NCBI GenBank assembly: GCA_020721065.1 | Contig: DYNM01000012.1 | Coordinates: 15,842 to 79,841, forward strand | Reading direction: 5' to 3' | Source: Thiocystis violascens | Lineage (GTDB): Bacteria > Pseudomonadota > Gammaproteobacteria > Chromatiales > Chromatiaceae | Length of the DNA: 64,000 bases | Shown: one piece after another, positions 52,522 to 62,138 of the stretch | Layout of the letters: every line of letters begins with the position of its first letter | Position numbering within the stretch: position 1 is the stretch's first letter | The notes under the pieces: model-generated | The model's input: the letters and a program-made list of their open reading frames with translations, nothing else | Databases searched by the model: none | What the model was told of the DNA's origin: nothing | Program-made: the position numbers and the translations under genes

Positions 52522-53074
52522 CGTTGTGTTCCAAAATGATGTTGAGATGAAAATCAGTTTACTGTCATGCAGCCGTTATGTTCAGCATGAGCAGTTACTG
52601 TCATTAATTTGATAGCATTAGTATACAGTATCAGTGCGTCACGGTGTTTTTAGTTAGCGTTATCATCCCAAGCGTTGGGATTATTTTTGAGGAGAAAATT
52701 GATCATGGCAGTTAAAAAAGCAACGTCGAATGCCGATAAAATCAACGGCACCAATGGCAACGATACCATCAATGGATTGGGTGGTAACGATACCCTGAGT
52801 GGTGCAGTTGGCAATGATTCATTGTTGGGCGGAATTGGTAAAGATAAACTCGATGGTGGAACGGGCAATGACACGCTGCTCGGTGGCATTGGCAATGACA
52901 ATCTGCTGGGCGGTTCTGGTGATGATAAATTAAATGGTGAGGCGGGTAACGATACGCTGGAAGGGAACACTGGCAAAGATATTTTAGATGGTGGCAGCGG
53001 TGATGATCGTTTAGTCGGTGGTGCAGGCAATGATATTTACAAAGTGGATAGCATCCGCGATAAAGTTGTTGAAA

Positions 53075-53193
53075 CTAGGAGTTACGCAGTTGGATTCCCA
53101 AGCTCCTGATTTTATTGAAACTTGGCTCATGCGGCGCACAAGCGCATTTTCATAAAATTCAGAGAGTTGCAGTTTCAACTGCGTAACTCCTAG
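53075..53193. mobile_element. 119-bp MITE with 18-bp perfect terminal inverted repeats and a 3-bp AAA target duplication
   Basis: CTAGGAGTTACGCAGTTG (53075-53092) and CAACTGCGTAACTCCTAG (53176-53193); AAA on both flanks; no coding capacity. Confidence 0.92.
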
Positions 53194-54572
53194 AAACTGA
53201 TAAAAGCAACAGCGTTGATACGGTGCAAAGTGCGGTGAATTATACGCTGCCGTTGTTAGTGGAACATCTTGAATTATTAAGCATGAGCAATATTAAAGGC
53301 GCAGGCAATGCGTTGAATAATCGCATCACCGGCAATGCTGGTGATAACGCGCTTGATGGTCTCGCTGGACAAGATACGCTTAACGGTGGCGATGGTGCCG
53401 ATACTTTGAATGGCGGCGCGGGTAATGATTCGCTCAGTGGTGGTGCGGGCGATGATATTTATATCGTGGGCAGCAGCGGTGATCGCGTGATTGAAAAAGA
53501 TGATGAAGGTGAGGATGAGATTCAAAGCAGCGTGAGTTTTACACTCGCAGATGCAGTGGAAATGTTGACGCTAACTGGCAGTAAAGCCGTAAATGGAATT
53601 GGTAACGAACTGGATAATTTGCTCAACGGTAATGCGTTGGCAAATCAACTCAGCGGTGAAGAAGGAAATGATACGTTGGTTGGCAATGCTGGCAATGATA
53701 CGCTGACTGGCGGGGCTGGCGATGATCAATTAGACGGCGGCGCTGGAAATGATACGGTTGTTTATGCCGGTAATTATGCGGATTATCAATTTACGCGTGA
53801 TGAAGAAGGCGATAGCTGGACGATTCAAGCGATTGATAATGATGAGGGCAGTGATAGTTTAACGGCGGTGGAGTTAGTTAAATTCGCAGACATTACAAAA
53901 AATGCGAATGAATTGGATATTGAGGACGGCGCAGAACATGACGCTCCCGTATTTATTTCTGCCAGTGTGAATGCCAATACGTTGCTGCTGAATTATGTCG
54001 ATGAGGATGTGCTTGATGTAGAACATTTACCCGCTATTGGCGCATTTCAGGTGATGACAAACGGAGTGGCAAATGCGGTGACGGCAGTTGCGATTAACGC
54101 CAATACCGTTGCGCTTACGTTGGCAAAATCGGTTACTGCCGAGCAAGTGGTGACGTTCACTTATAACGATCCAACGGTGGCTGATGATGTCAACGCGGTT
54201 CAAAATGAATTCGGCAATGACGCGGTGAGTTTGGCTGCCGTCGCCGCCGTTAATGAGACTGCGCCAATTGCGCCGACCATTCCAACTTATTCAATCACCG
54301 CTCCAGCAACGGCAGCAGAAGGTGCGACGGCGAATTTCACCGTTGCCACAACGAACGTCGCCAACGGCACTGCGCTGGCTTACACCTTAAGCGGTGTTGA
54401 TGCAGCGGATGTTGTTGGTGGTTTGACTGGTTTTGCGGTGGTTAATGGCAACGCAGCGACAATTCCGGTGGCGCTGGTAAATGATGTGCTCTTTAGCGAG
54501 AGCGACGTTTTGAATGTGACGCTCGCTATTGATCCAACGAAAACGGCGAGCGTTGCTGTTGTTGATACCACG

Positions 54573-54700
54573 CTGCCAGTTCCGACAATGCCCGAACCGT
54601 TGCCAGTTCCGACAATGCCCGAACCGCTGCCAGTTCCGACAATGCCCGAACCGTTGCCAGTTCCGACAATGCCCGAACCGTTGCCAGTTCCGACAATGCC
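54573..54700 (+). repeat. 27-bp coding tandem repeat (LPVPTMPEP) x4.7
   Basis: YTGCCAGTTCCGACAATGCCCGAACCG repeated four times plus a 20-bp partial copy, with no spacers. Confidence 0.95.
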
Positions 54701-55046
54701 GTCACCAATGCTGTTTGCTTATAGTCTAAGCAGTAGCGATGGTGTGATCAATTTAACTGGTCTTGCAGATGCTGCTGAGGTTAATACTGTGTTCGGTTCT
54801 GGAACGCTGATTTGGTTTTAATCATCAGCAATTGACTAACGTTACACAGATAGTTGTTAATACATTTGCGCGACGTTAGTCACTCAAAACATCAAAAGTA
54901 ATCATCGCTTTTTTAACCCCACTTGCGACGGTTTAGTTTTATTCCTTTGAAAATCTCGCCGCAATCAACTCGAACGCAGGTACCAGTTGACGGCTCTATC
55001 GCCGCTGCCTAAATTCCGTTCCTCACCGATCCTCGGAGCATTGCTC

Positions 55047-55520
55047 ATGTTGCACGCAGGCGATCTTGCCCCCCGCTTTTCACTTCCGACCGCTGATATG
55101 GCGCAATGCTCTTTGGAAGAATTCATCGGACGCAGTTACGTCATCATTTATTTTTATCCCAAAGATGACACGCCCGGCTGCACCCTGGAGGCGCTGGAAT
55201 TCACTGATTTACAAGATGAATTTGCACAAGCCCGCACCGAAGTGATCGCCATCAACCGCGATTCCTGCGCCAGCCACGGCGCATTCCGCGACAAATACGG
55301 TTTGAGCGTTCACCTGCTGTCTGATGCCGATGGCGAGGTGTGCGCCGCGTATGACGTGATTCACGAGAAATTGCTTTACGGCGTCCCCCGTCAAGGCATC
55401 GTCCGCGCCACCTTTATCATTGATTTACAAGGCATTATCCGCTACGCCTGTTATGACGTGAAACCGAAAGGACACGCCGCCGCCATGCTCAATTTGGTGC
55501 GGGAATTGGCGGCAACCTAG
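55047..55520 (+). CDS. bcp: Peroxiredoxin, Bcp/PrxQ type
   Basis: YFYPKDDTPGCTLEA, LLSDADG, RATFIID. Confidence 0.88.
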   Translation: MLHAGDLAPRFSLPTADMAQCSLEEFIGRSYVIIYFYPKDDTPGCTLEALEFTDLQDEFAQARTEVIAINRDSCASHGAFRDKYGLSVHLLSDADGEVCAAYDVIHEKLLYGVPRQGIVRATFIIDLQGIIRYACYDVKPKGHAAAMLNLVRELAAT

Positions 55521-55530
55521 CCAGCCTGTC

Positions 55531-57873
55531 GTGAAACTCCGCGTTTATATCCTGCTGTTTTTACTCGTTTTTGGCTTGACGCCATTACTGCTGGCGCTCC
55601 TGATTAACCTCCCGCTGGTGCTGGAGCGCACCACCCTGTTTTATCAACGCGCTTATCTGCAAAACCTCCGCGCTGATTTCCGCGATCTTGATCAACATCT
55701 CGCCAGTCGCCACGAAATGATCCGACTGCTGTCGAAATTGCCAGAACTGGGTTTGATTCTGGGCGCACCGGGCAACGCAGCTGACCAAATCAGCGCCGCT
55801 CGCGCTCGCTACACCACTTGGATTAACCAAATTCTCGACGACCAGCGTGATGTGATTCAGATTTTGTTTATTGGCGATGACGGCGCAGCGCGGTTCTGGC
55901 TGGCGCGAGATGAGCGCACGCAGGACTGGCAAACGCCGGAATCCACGCCGCCGCTGCCGAATCGGCAATTTGTCGCCGCTGGCTTGGCGCTTCAGCCCGG
56001 CGTCGTCTTGGTCAGCCGCATCCGCATTGATCCGCTGGCGGGAGCTGCCGATCCGCACCAATTGATGACGCTCAATCTGGTCACGCCCATTGGCGGCAAG
56101 CCGACGGATGAGGCGCGAGGCGTGGTGGTGCTCACCATCGACATCGGCGGGCTGGCGCAGTTTTATCAAGACACGCTGTGGGTGAATCAGGACGGCAGCT
56201 ATCTCCACGCCAATCAAGCTGCGCCCACTCAAGCGGATGCGTTTACGACGTTTCCGGGGCTGGCGGAGATTTTCGCGGAAGGCAAGCTGGCGCTGTGGAA
56301 AGATGCGCACGGACGGCAATTGCTGTGGCTGCCGATGTTTTTGACGGAAGACAGCGTGCCGCTGTGGGTCGGGCGAGCGGTGGATTCGTCGCCAATTGAC
56401 GCCTTCCGCAATGAATTGATGCTGCGCGTGCTGTCGATCATCTTTTTATTGGTGATTGTGGTGCTGGCGCTGGCGCGGTGGATTGCAGCGCGGGCGGAAC
56501 AGTTTGGGCAAGCGTTGACCGGCGGCATCAGCCACATTTTGCACGACGACCAACCGCTGCAATTTCGCTGGCGCGGTCCGCGAGAAATTCACCAACTTGG
56601 TGATCAACTCACTGCGCTGGCCGCCACTCATGCCGAACATCTCCGCGCTGCTCGCGCTCATGCCCGCGAATTGGAAACCTCTAATCGCTATAAATCGCAA
56701 TTTTTAGCCAATGTCAGCCATGAATTGCGCACGCCGCTCAATTCCATTTTGCTGCTGTCAAAAATGCTCGGCGCAGATAACAATGGTTTGAATGCCAGCC
56801 AACGTCGTCAAGCGCAAGTCATTCACGAAGCTGGGCGCGATTTGCGGACGTTAATTGATGACATTTTGGATATTTCACGCATTGAAGCCGGCCACGTCAG
56901 CATTACGTTGGAATGGATAGAAGTGCGCCCGTTATTGGAAGATTTAATTGAATTGGTCACGCCGCAATTAGCAGAGAAACCGGTGACGCTGTGGCTCAAT
57001 TTTGATCCCGCAGCGCCAGCATGGATTTGCACTGACCGCGATAAATTGCGGCAAATTCTGAAAAACTTTCTCGCCAACGCAGTTAAATTCACTGCCAGCG
57101 GCGAGATCATTTTGAGCGTGATCAGCCGCAATGATCCGGTGCGTCCGGTGGCATTTAGCGTCACCGATACTGGCATCGGGATTCCGCTGGATAAACAGGC
57201 GATTATTTTTGAGGCATTTCAACAAGCTGATGGTTCGACGCGACGGCGTTACGGCGGCACCGGGCTGGGTTTGTCAATCAGCCGCGAGCTGGCGACGCTG
57301 TTGGACGGCTGCATTGAGGTTGACAGTGCTGCGCAAGCGGGCGCGTGTTTCACGTTGTTATTGCCGCTGACGCCACTCACCGATCATCCCGCTGGCGCAG
57401 TGCCGCCGCCGTGTCCAGAAGAGCTGCCGTTTACCGCAATCGCTACCACCGTGCTGCCGGAGGTGGCGCTGGACATGCAGCCTGCGCCAATCACGAGTGC
57501 GGGCTGGGTTTTGGTGTTAGAGCGGGAAGTGAAAACGTTGATGGCGGTGGCGGCAGTGTTGGCGCAACACGGGCTGCGGGTGCAAACCGCCGCTGATGTG
57601 GATGAGGCGCTCGAAACGTTGCAAGACGAGGGTGCGGGCTGTGCGCTGATGCTGGTAGCCGCGCAGCCGTCGGCACGAATAACCTGTGATACGATCCGCC
57701 GCTTATTACAACACGGTGTCAGTGCGCCGCCGGTGGTGGTGATATTAGGAGTGCCGGAGGAAGGCAATTGGGCGGAGATGCAATGTGTGGGCGCTGAAAC
57801 GGTTGAGGTATTTCCGAAACCGCTTGATCTTAACCAATTACAATTGTTATTAGCTGAGATGTTGCTGAAGTGA
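55531..57873 (+). CDS. Membrane hybrid histidine kinase with a degenerate C-terminal receiver
   Basis: Two TM segments, NVSHELRTPLN, NFLANAVKFT, DTGIGI, GGTGLGL; REC-like tail lacks the phospho-Asp. Confidence 0.88.
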   Translation: MKLRVYILLFLLVFGLTPLLLALLINLPLVLERTTLFYQRAYLQNLRADFRDLDQHLASRHEMIRLLSKLPELGLILGAPGNAADQISAARARYTTWINQILDDQRDVIQILFIGDDGAARFWLARDERTQDWQTPESTPPLPNRQFVAAGLALQPGVVLVSRIRIDPLAGAADPHQLMTLNLVTPIGGKPTDEARGVVVLTIDIGGLAQFYQDTLWVNQDGSYLHANQAAPTQADAFTTFPGLAEIFAEGKLALWKDAHGRQLLWLPMFLTEDSVPLWVGRAVDSSPIDAFRNELMLRVLSIIFLLVIVVLALARWIAARAEQFGQALTGGISHILHDDQPLQFRWRGPREIHQLGDQLTALAATHAEHLRAARAHARELETSNRYKSQFLANVSHELRTPLNSILLLSKMLGADNNGLNASQRRQAQVIHEAGRDLRTLIDDILDISRIEAGHVSITLEWIEVRPLLEDLIELVTPQLAEKPVTLWLNFDPAAPAWICTDRDKLRQILKNFLANAVKFTASGEIILSVISRNDPVRPVAFSVTDTGIGIPLDKQAIIFEAFQQADGSTRRRYGGTGLGLSISRELATLLDGCIEVDSAAQAGACFTLLLPLTPLTDHPAGAVPPPCPEELPFTAIATTVLPEVALDMQPAPITSAGWVLVLEREVKTLMAVAAVLAQHGLRVQTAADVDEALETLQDEGAGCALMLVAAQPSARITCDTIRRLLQHGVSAPPVVVILGVPEEGNWAEMQCVGAETVEVFPKPLDLNQLQLLLAEMLLK

Positions 57874-57882
57874 GGGGGATCA

Positions 57883-58734
57883 ATGCGTCGTTATGTCGGA
57901 TTTAAGCTCCTGATTGTTGATGACCATGCACACAATCTATTTACGCTGCGCACACTGATTCAAACCCATTTAGCGGTAACGGTATTAGAAGCGGCATCAG
58001 GACAGGAAGCGATTGATTTAACGCATCAACATACAGACATTGATTTAATTATTCTCGATGTGCAAATGCCGGAGATGGACGGTTTTGAAACTGCCTCGTT
58101 ATTAAAATTGCGCAAACGCTCGCGGGATATTCCCATTATTTTTCTCACGGCAGCATTTAAATCTGAAGAATTTCAACGGCGCGGATTTGCAGTTGGCGCG
58201 GCAGATTATTTACTCAAACCGATTGAAGATCACCAGCTCATTAACAAAATCAGCACCTATTTCCGCTTGATTGAAAAAGAGCGCGAACTAAATCGGATTT
58301 TAGAGAGTCGCGTAGCGGAACGAACGCTGGAATTAGCGGAAGCGCGGCAATATCTCGAAAACATTTTGACTCACATGGGTGAGGCGTTATTGGTATTGGG
58401 GGCGGATGGACTAATTAAAATGACAAATCCCGCTGCCTGTCAGATGTTGGGCTATAGCCATGATAATTTATTGGGCATGGCGATTGGCGATGTATTTGAA
58501 GAAGATGGTGATGAACAAGCTGGCGCATTTATGGGATTATGGTTGGAGGCGTTGATTCGCACTGGTGCGTTAAATAAAATTGAAGCACGATTTGTTGCCA
58601 GCAATGGACGGCGTGTACCAATTCTGTTTTCGCGCACCGCTATTAAAACTGCGAGTGGCACAATCAGCGATATTATTTGTATTGCTAAAGATATGACTGG
58701 CTATGTGCGGTTAGATGCAACAGAACCGAATTGA
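57883..58734 (+). CDS. REC-PAS response regulator without a recognisable output domain
   Basis: IVDD, ILDVQMP, LKP; PAS (TNPAACQMLGY...IICIAKDMT) ending at the C-terminus. Confidence 0.85.
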   Translation: MRRYVGFKLLIVDDHAHNLFTLRTLIQTHLAVTVLEAASGQEAIDLTHQHTDIDLIILDVQMPEMDGFETASLLKLRKRSRDIPIIFLTAAFKSEEFQRRGFAVGAADYLLKPIEDHQLINKISTYFRLIEKERELNRILESRVAERTLELAEARQYLENILTHMGEALLVLGADGLIKMTNPAACQMLGYSHDNLLGMAIGDVFEEDGDEQAGAFMGLWLEALIRTGALNKIEARFVASNGRRVPILFSRTAIKTASGTISDIICIAKDMTGYVRLDATEPN

Positions 58735-58743
58735 GATGTTGAC

Positions 58744-59079
58744 ATGATGACTGACTCTACTCTCACCGATGGGTTTGAGGATCACGACCACACGACCTTG
58801 ACCGCCAATGCCTTAAAAGCGATGGCACATCCGCTGCGCTGGAAAATTCTGTGTTCACTCGGTGCGCATGAATTATCAGTGGGAGAAATTGTGGAACGTA
58901 CCGGCACTTCACAAAGCAATATCTCACAACATTTGGAACAACTGCGTAATAAAAATATCGTGGTTTCGCGTAAAGAAGCCAATCGTATTTATTATCGAAT
59001 TCGCAATAACCAATTATTGGATTTAATTGGCATCATGCGCGAAGTGTTGTGTCCAGTAAATCTTGATGATCGCGCTTAA
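58744..59079 (+). CDS. ArsR/SmtB-family regulator, BigR/SqrR-like
   Basis: KAMAHPLRWKILCSL, SQSNISQHL, YYRI; Cys37 and Cys103. Confidence 0.88.
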   Translation: MMTDSTLTDGFEDHDHTTLTANALKAMAHPLRWKILCSLGAHELSVGEIVERTGTSQSNISQHLEQLRNKNIVVSRKEANRIYYRIRNNQLLDLIGIMREVLCPVNLDDRA

Positions 59080-59111
59080 TTCACTCAGGCAGTGAATCAT
59101 TCCAACGGTCA

Positions 59112-59750
59112 ATGGCACGAAATCCAATGTCGATATTTGAAGTCAACACGCTGGACTGTCGGCGCGGCGACCGGCGTTTGTTTGCCGATCTGAGTTTTCG
59201 TCTTGACGCCGGCACCTTGCTGCATGTGCGCGGACGCAACGGCAGCGGCAAAACCACCTTGTTACGCGCCCTGTGTGGGCTGTTTACCCCAGAAACGGGC
59301 GAGATTCGCTGGCGCGGCAGCTCGATTCGGGACTTGGGCGACGATTATCGGCGCGAATTGCGCTATTTCGGTCATCTCAACGGCATCAAAGGTGATCTCA
59401 CCGGCATCGAAAATCTCCGCATCGCCGCAGCGTTAGCGGGACTGCGGGTGACGACGAGCGCACTGTGGGCGGCATTGGCGCGGAGCGGGCTTGATGGATT
59501 TGAGGACATACCGACGCGGATGCTGTCACAAGGTCAGAAGAAACGTGTAGCGTTGGCGCGACTGTTAGTGGCACCTGCGCCACTGTGGATTTTAGACGAG
59601 CCATTTACGGCGTTGGATGTCGATGCAGTCGCGTTATTACAACAGTTGCTAACCGACCATCTTGCGGCAGACGGATTGGTTATTTTGACCACGCATCAAG
59701 AAGTTGCGTTGACCTCCGGTCACATCGCGCAGCTCGAACTGGGAGTTTGA
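59112..59750 (+). CDS. ccmA: Heme exporter ATP-binding protein CcmA
   Basis: GRNGSGKTT, LSQGQKKRVALARL, WILDEPFTALD. Confidence 0.96.
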   Translation: MARNPMSIFEVNTLDCRRGDRRLFADLSFRLDAGTLLHVRGRNGSGKTTLLRALCGLFTPETGEIRWRGSSIRDLGDDYRRELRYFGHLNGIKGDLTGIENLRIAAALAGLRVTTSALWAALARSGLDGFEDIPTRMLSQGQKKRVALARLLVAPAPLWILDEPFTALDVDAVALLQQLLTDHLAADGLVILTTHQEVALTSGHIAQLELGV

Positions 59751-59756
59751 GGCGTC

Positions 59757-60428
59757 ATGTTGCGTATTTTCTGGAGTATTTTGATCCGCGATTTGACGCT
59801 GGCGCTGCGCCGCCGCACCGACGTATTAACCACCTTGTTTTTCTTCGTCATTGTCATCAGCCTATTCCCGCTGGGCGTCAGCACCGAACGCCACATCTTG
59901 CAAATTTTAGGACCCGGCGTCGTTTGGGTAGCGGCATTGCTGGCATCAATGCTGGCGCTGGAACGACTATTTGCTGCCGATTATGAAGACGGCACCTTGG
60001 AACAATTATTATTGGCTGCGCAACCGCTGGCGCTAATCACATTAGCAAAAATAACTGCACATTGGTTATTAACGGGATTGCCGCTGGTATTGATCGCGCC
60101 ATTAGTTGGAATGCAATATCACCTCAGCGCAACTGCAATTCAAGTGATGATGGTGTCATTATTGATTGGCACCCCTATTTTAAGTTTAATTGGTGCAATT
60201 GGCGCGGCATTAACGCTCGGTTTGCGCGGTGGCGGCATTCTGTTATCACTCCTCATTTTACCGCTGTATATTCCGGTTTTAATTTATGGCGCTGGCGCAA
60301 TTGAAGTGAGTACTATCAATTTGTCAGAAACGCAGCCGTATTTGACATTGCTGGGCGCTTTTCTAATGGTGACATTGATTTTTGCTCCGGTGGCTTCGGC
60401 AGCAGCCCTGCGGATTTCGATTGAGTAG
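59757..60428 (+). CDS. ccmB: Heme exporter protein CcmB
   Basis: FFVIVISLFPLG, DYEDGTLEQ, KITAHW, LPLYIPVLI. Confidence 0.96.
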   Translation: MLRIFWSILIRDLTLALRRRTDVLTTLFFFVIVISLFPLGVSTERHILQILGPGVVWVAALLASMLALERLFAADYEDGTLEQLLLAAQPLALITLAKITAHWLLTGLPLVLIAPLVGMQYHLSATAIQVMMVSLLIGTPILSLIGAIGAALTLGLRGGGILLSLLILPLYIPVLIYGAGAIEVSTINLSETQPYLTLLGAFLMVTLIFAPVASAAALRISIE

Positions 60429-60445
60429 TAAAAGTGTGCTGAAAA

Positions 60446-60940
60446 ATGACAAACAGCGTAAAACATTCAGTTTATATTGAAACATCCGTCGTCAGCTATT
60501 TAACAGCACGTCCAAGCACAACAATTCTTGGTGCGGCACATCAACAAATTACTTGCGCTTGGTGGGAAAGACAGGCTGAGTATGATCTTTTTATTTCTGA
60601 ATTAGTATTGCGCGAATGCGAAGCGGGTGATCCTGATGCTGCAAAAAAGCGTTTAACCAGTGTTGCTAATTTACCGTTGCTACTCATTACAGAAGATGCG
60701 CTACAGATAGCAGAAGCACTTGTGGAACAACAGATTGTTCCAGTTAAAGCCGCTGAAGATGCACTCCATATCGCGCTTGCAACTGTGTACAACATTGACT
60801 ATTTGCTAACATGGAATTGTCGGCATATTGCGAATCCAAAAATACAACGGAATATCGCAAACTATCTTGAAAGTATTGGTTTATTTTTACCATTTATCTG
60901 TACACCGGAAGAACTTTTGGGGGAAGCAGATGCTGAATGA
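60446..60940 (+). CDS. PIN-domain (VapC-like) ribonuclease toxin
   Basis: VYIETSVV, ECEAG, DALHIALA, DYLLTWNCRHIAN. Confidence 0.85.
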   Translation: MTNSVKHSVYIETSVVSYLTARPSTTILGAAHQQITCAWWERQAEYDLFISELVLRECEAGDPDAAKKRLTSVANLPLLLITEDALQIAEALVEQQIVPVKAAEDALHIALATVYNIDYLLTWNCRHIANPKIQRNIANYLESIGLFLPFICTPEELLGEADAE

Positions 60941-61154
60941 TGACATCGTTGATGAAATTAGGGTGATTCGAGAAAATCACGCCGCGCAATTTAATTTTAA
61001 CTTACGCGCAATTTTTGAAGATTTAAAGAAATTAGAAGCCAAACGGCTTGCAGATGGGCGTATTTTTATCACACCATCAACAACATTTAACCCATCTCAT
61101 TCTAAACTACAGCACTCTCGTTTTTCATCATCACGACGCAGAACAACTCCATGA
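60930..61154 (+). CDS. Small partner protein of the PIN toxin (putative antitoxin)
   Basis: MLNDDIVDEIRVIRENHAAQFNFNLRAIFEDLKK...; overlaps the PIN stop and the ccmC start. Confidence 0.65.
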   Translation: MLNDDIVDEIRVIRENHAAQFNFNLRAIFEDLKKLEAKRLADGRIFITPSTTFNPSHSKLQHSRFSSSRRRTTP

Positions 61155-61906
61155 ATTTCAACTGGTTCAAACTCGCATCTCCCCCAGCATTTTATACCCT
61201 TGCTGGACGTTTAATACCAATTTTATGGGGCTTAACCATCATCTTATTGGTGACGGGTCTTTATTGGGGATTTTTTGAAACCGTCAGTCAATTAGGTGGC
61301 AACAATCCGCAGAAAGAATACTACCGCATCATTTTTATTCATGTCCCATCCGCATGGATGTCGATGTGGCTTTATTTTGTAATGGTGGTATGGGCAGCCA
61401 TTGGCTTGATTTTTAACACGCGCCTCTCTTTTATGATGGCAAATGCAATTGCACCGACTGGCGCAATTTTCACCTTTTTAGCGTTATGGACTGGCGCATT
61501 TTGGGGACGACCGAGCTGGGGTACCTATTGGGATTGGGACCCGCGATTGACTTCAGAATTGGTGTTATTTTTCATGTATATCGGCTACATGGCGCTACAT
61601 TCTGCAATTGATGATGTGCGCCGCGCTGATCGTGCTTCGGCATTATTAGCAATTGTCGGTTTAGTCATGGTGCCCGTGATTTTCTGGTCAATCAATTGCC
61701 CTGATCCCAATCAATGCGCGGCATTACATCAACGCTCCAATCTCACTAAAATTGATAGTGATATTTTGTTTGCAATGTTGACGATGACGTTTGCTTTTTG
61801 GGCATATTCATTTGCTGCGACATTTATACGGTTGCGTACTATTATTTTGCACCGTGATGCAGACAGTGTGTGGGTGCGCGAATTATTTACGAATGGAGGG
61901 CGATAA
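61151..61906 (+). CDS. ccmC: Heme exporter/chaperone loader CcmC
   Basis: IHVP, WWD motif WGRPSWGTYWDWDPRLT, LHQ. Confidence 0.95.
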   Translation: MNFNWFKLASPPAFYTLAGRLIPILWGLTIILLVTGLYWGFFETVSQLGGNNPQKEYYRIIFIHVPSAWMSMWLYFVMVVWAAIGLIFNTRLSFMMANAIAPTGAIFTFLALWTGAFWGRPSWGTYWDWDPRLTSELVLFFMYIGYMALHSAIDDVRRADRASALLAIVGLVMVPVIFWSINCPDPNQCAALHQRSNLTKIDSDILFAMLTMTFAFWAYSFAATFIRLRTIILHRDADSVWVRELFTNGGR

Positions 61907-62067
61907 TGAGCGAGTTTTTAGCGCAGGGTGGTTATGCGTTCTTTATTTGGAGTGCTTATGGCATGGCAGCACTGTTATTAGTGATTGAAGTGGTACAGTT
62001 GCGCACTCAATATAAAGCTATTGTTGCCAGAGTGATTCGCGCTGCGCGGTTACGCCAGCAATTTTAA
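61906..62067 (+). CDS. ccmD: Heme exporter protein CcmD
   Basis: FLAQGGYAFFIWSAYG plus a basic tail; positioned between ccmC and ccmE. Confidence 0.9.
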   Translation: MSEFLAQGGYAFFIWSAYGMAALLLVIEVVQLRTQYKAIVARVIRAARLRQQF

Positions 62068-62138
62068 TCGGCAAGCAATTGAACAACGTTTTTATAACAA
62101 CTCCTCACTGACTACATCACAGCATTGATGATTCAACT

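Larger units (their letters stand above)
52705..54821 (+). pseudogene. RTX-repeat Ca2+-binding secreted/surface protein with an SWM-like repeat domain, interrupted by a MITE
   Basis: ORFs 52675-53109 and 53223-54821 join into one 664-aa frame (...DKVVET|DKSNSVDTVQSAVNYTL...) when 122 bp are removed; many GGxGxDxL nonapeptides; GAGGAG RBS before ATG 52705. Confidence 0.9.

Noticed and set aside
52650-53030. Ser/Pro-rich minus-strand ORF opposite the RTX repeats
   Set aside because: It is the antisense reading of the GGxGxD repeats and not an independent gene.
54573-54700. 27-bp repeats as a possible CRISPR array
   Set aside because: The repeats are directly adjacent with no spacers, are in frame in a protein, and no cas genes are present.
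54833-54882. 10-bp inverted repeat TGACTAACGT/ACGTTAGTCA after the RTX gene
   Set aside because: The 30-nt loop and lack of a U-tract give insufficient support for a terminator or mobile element.
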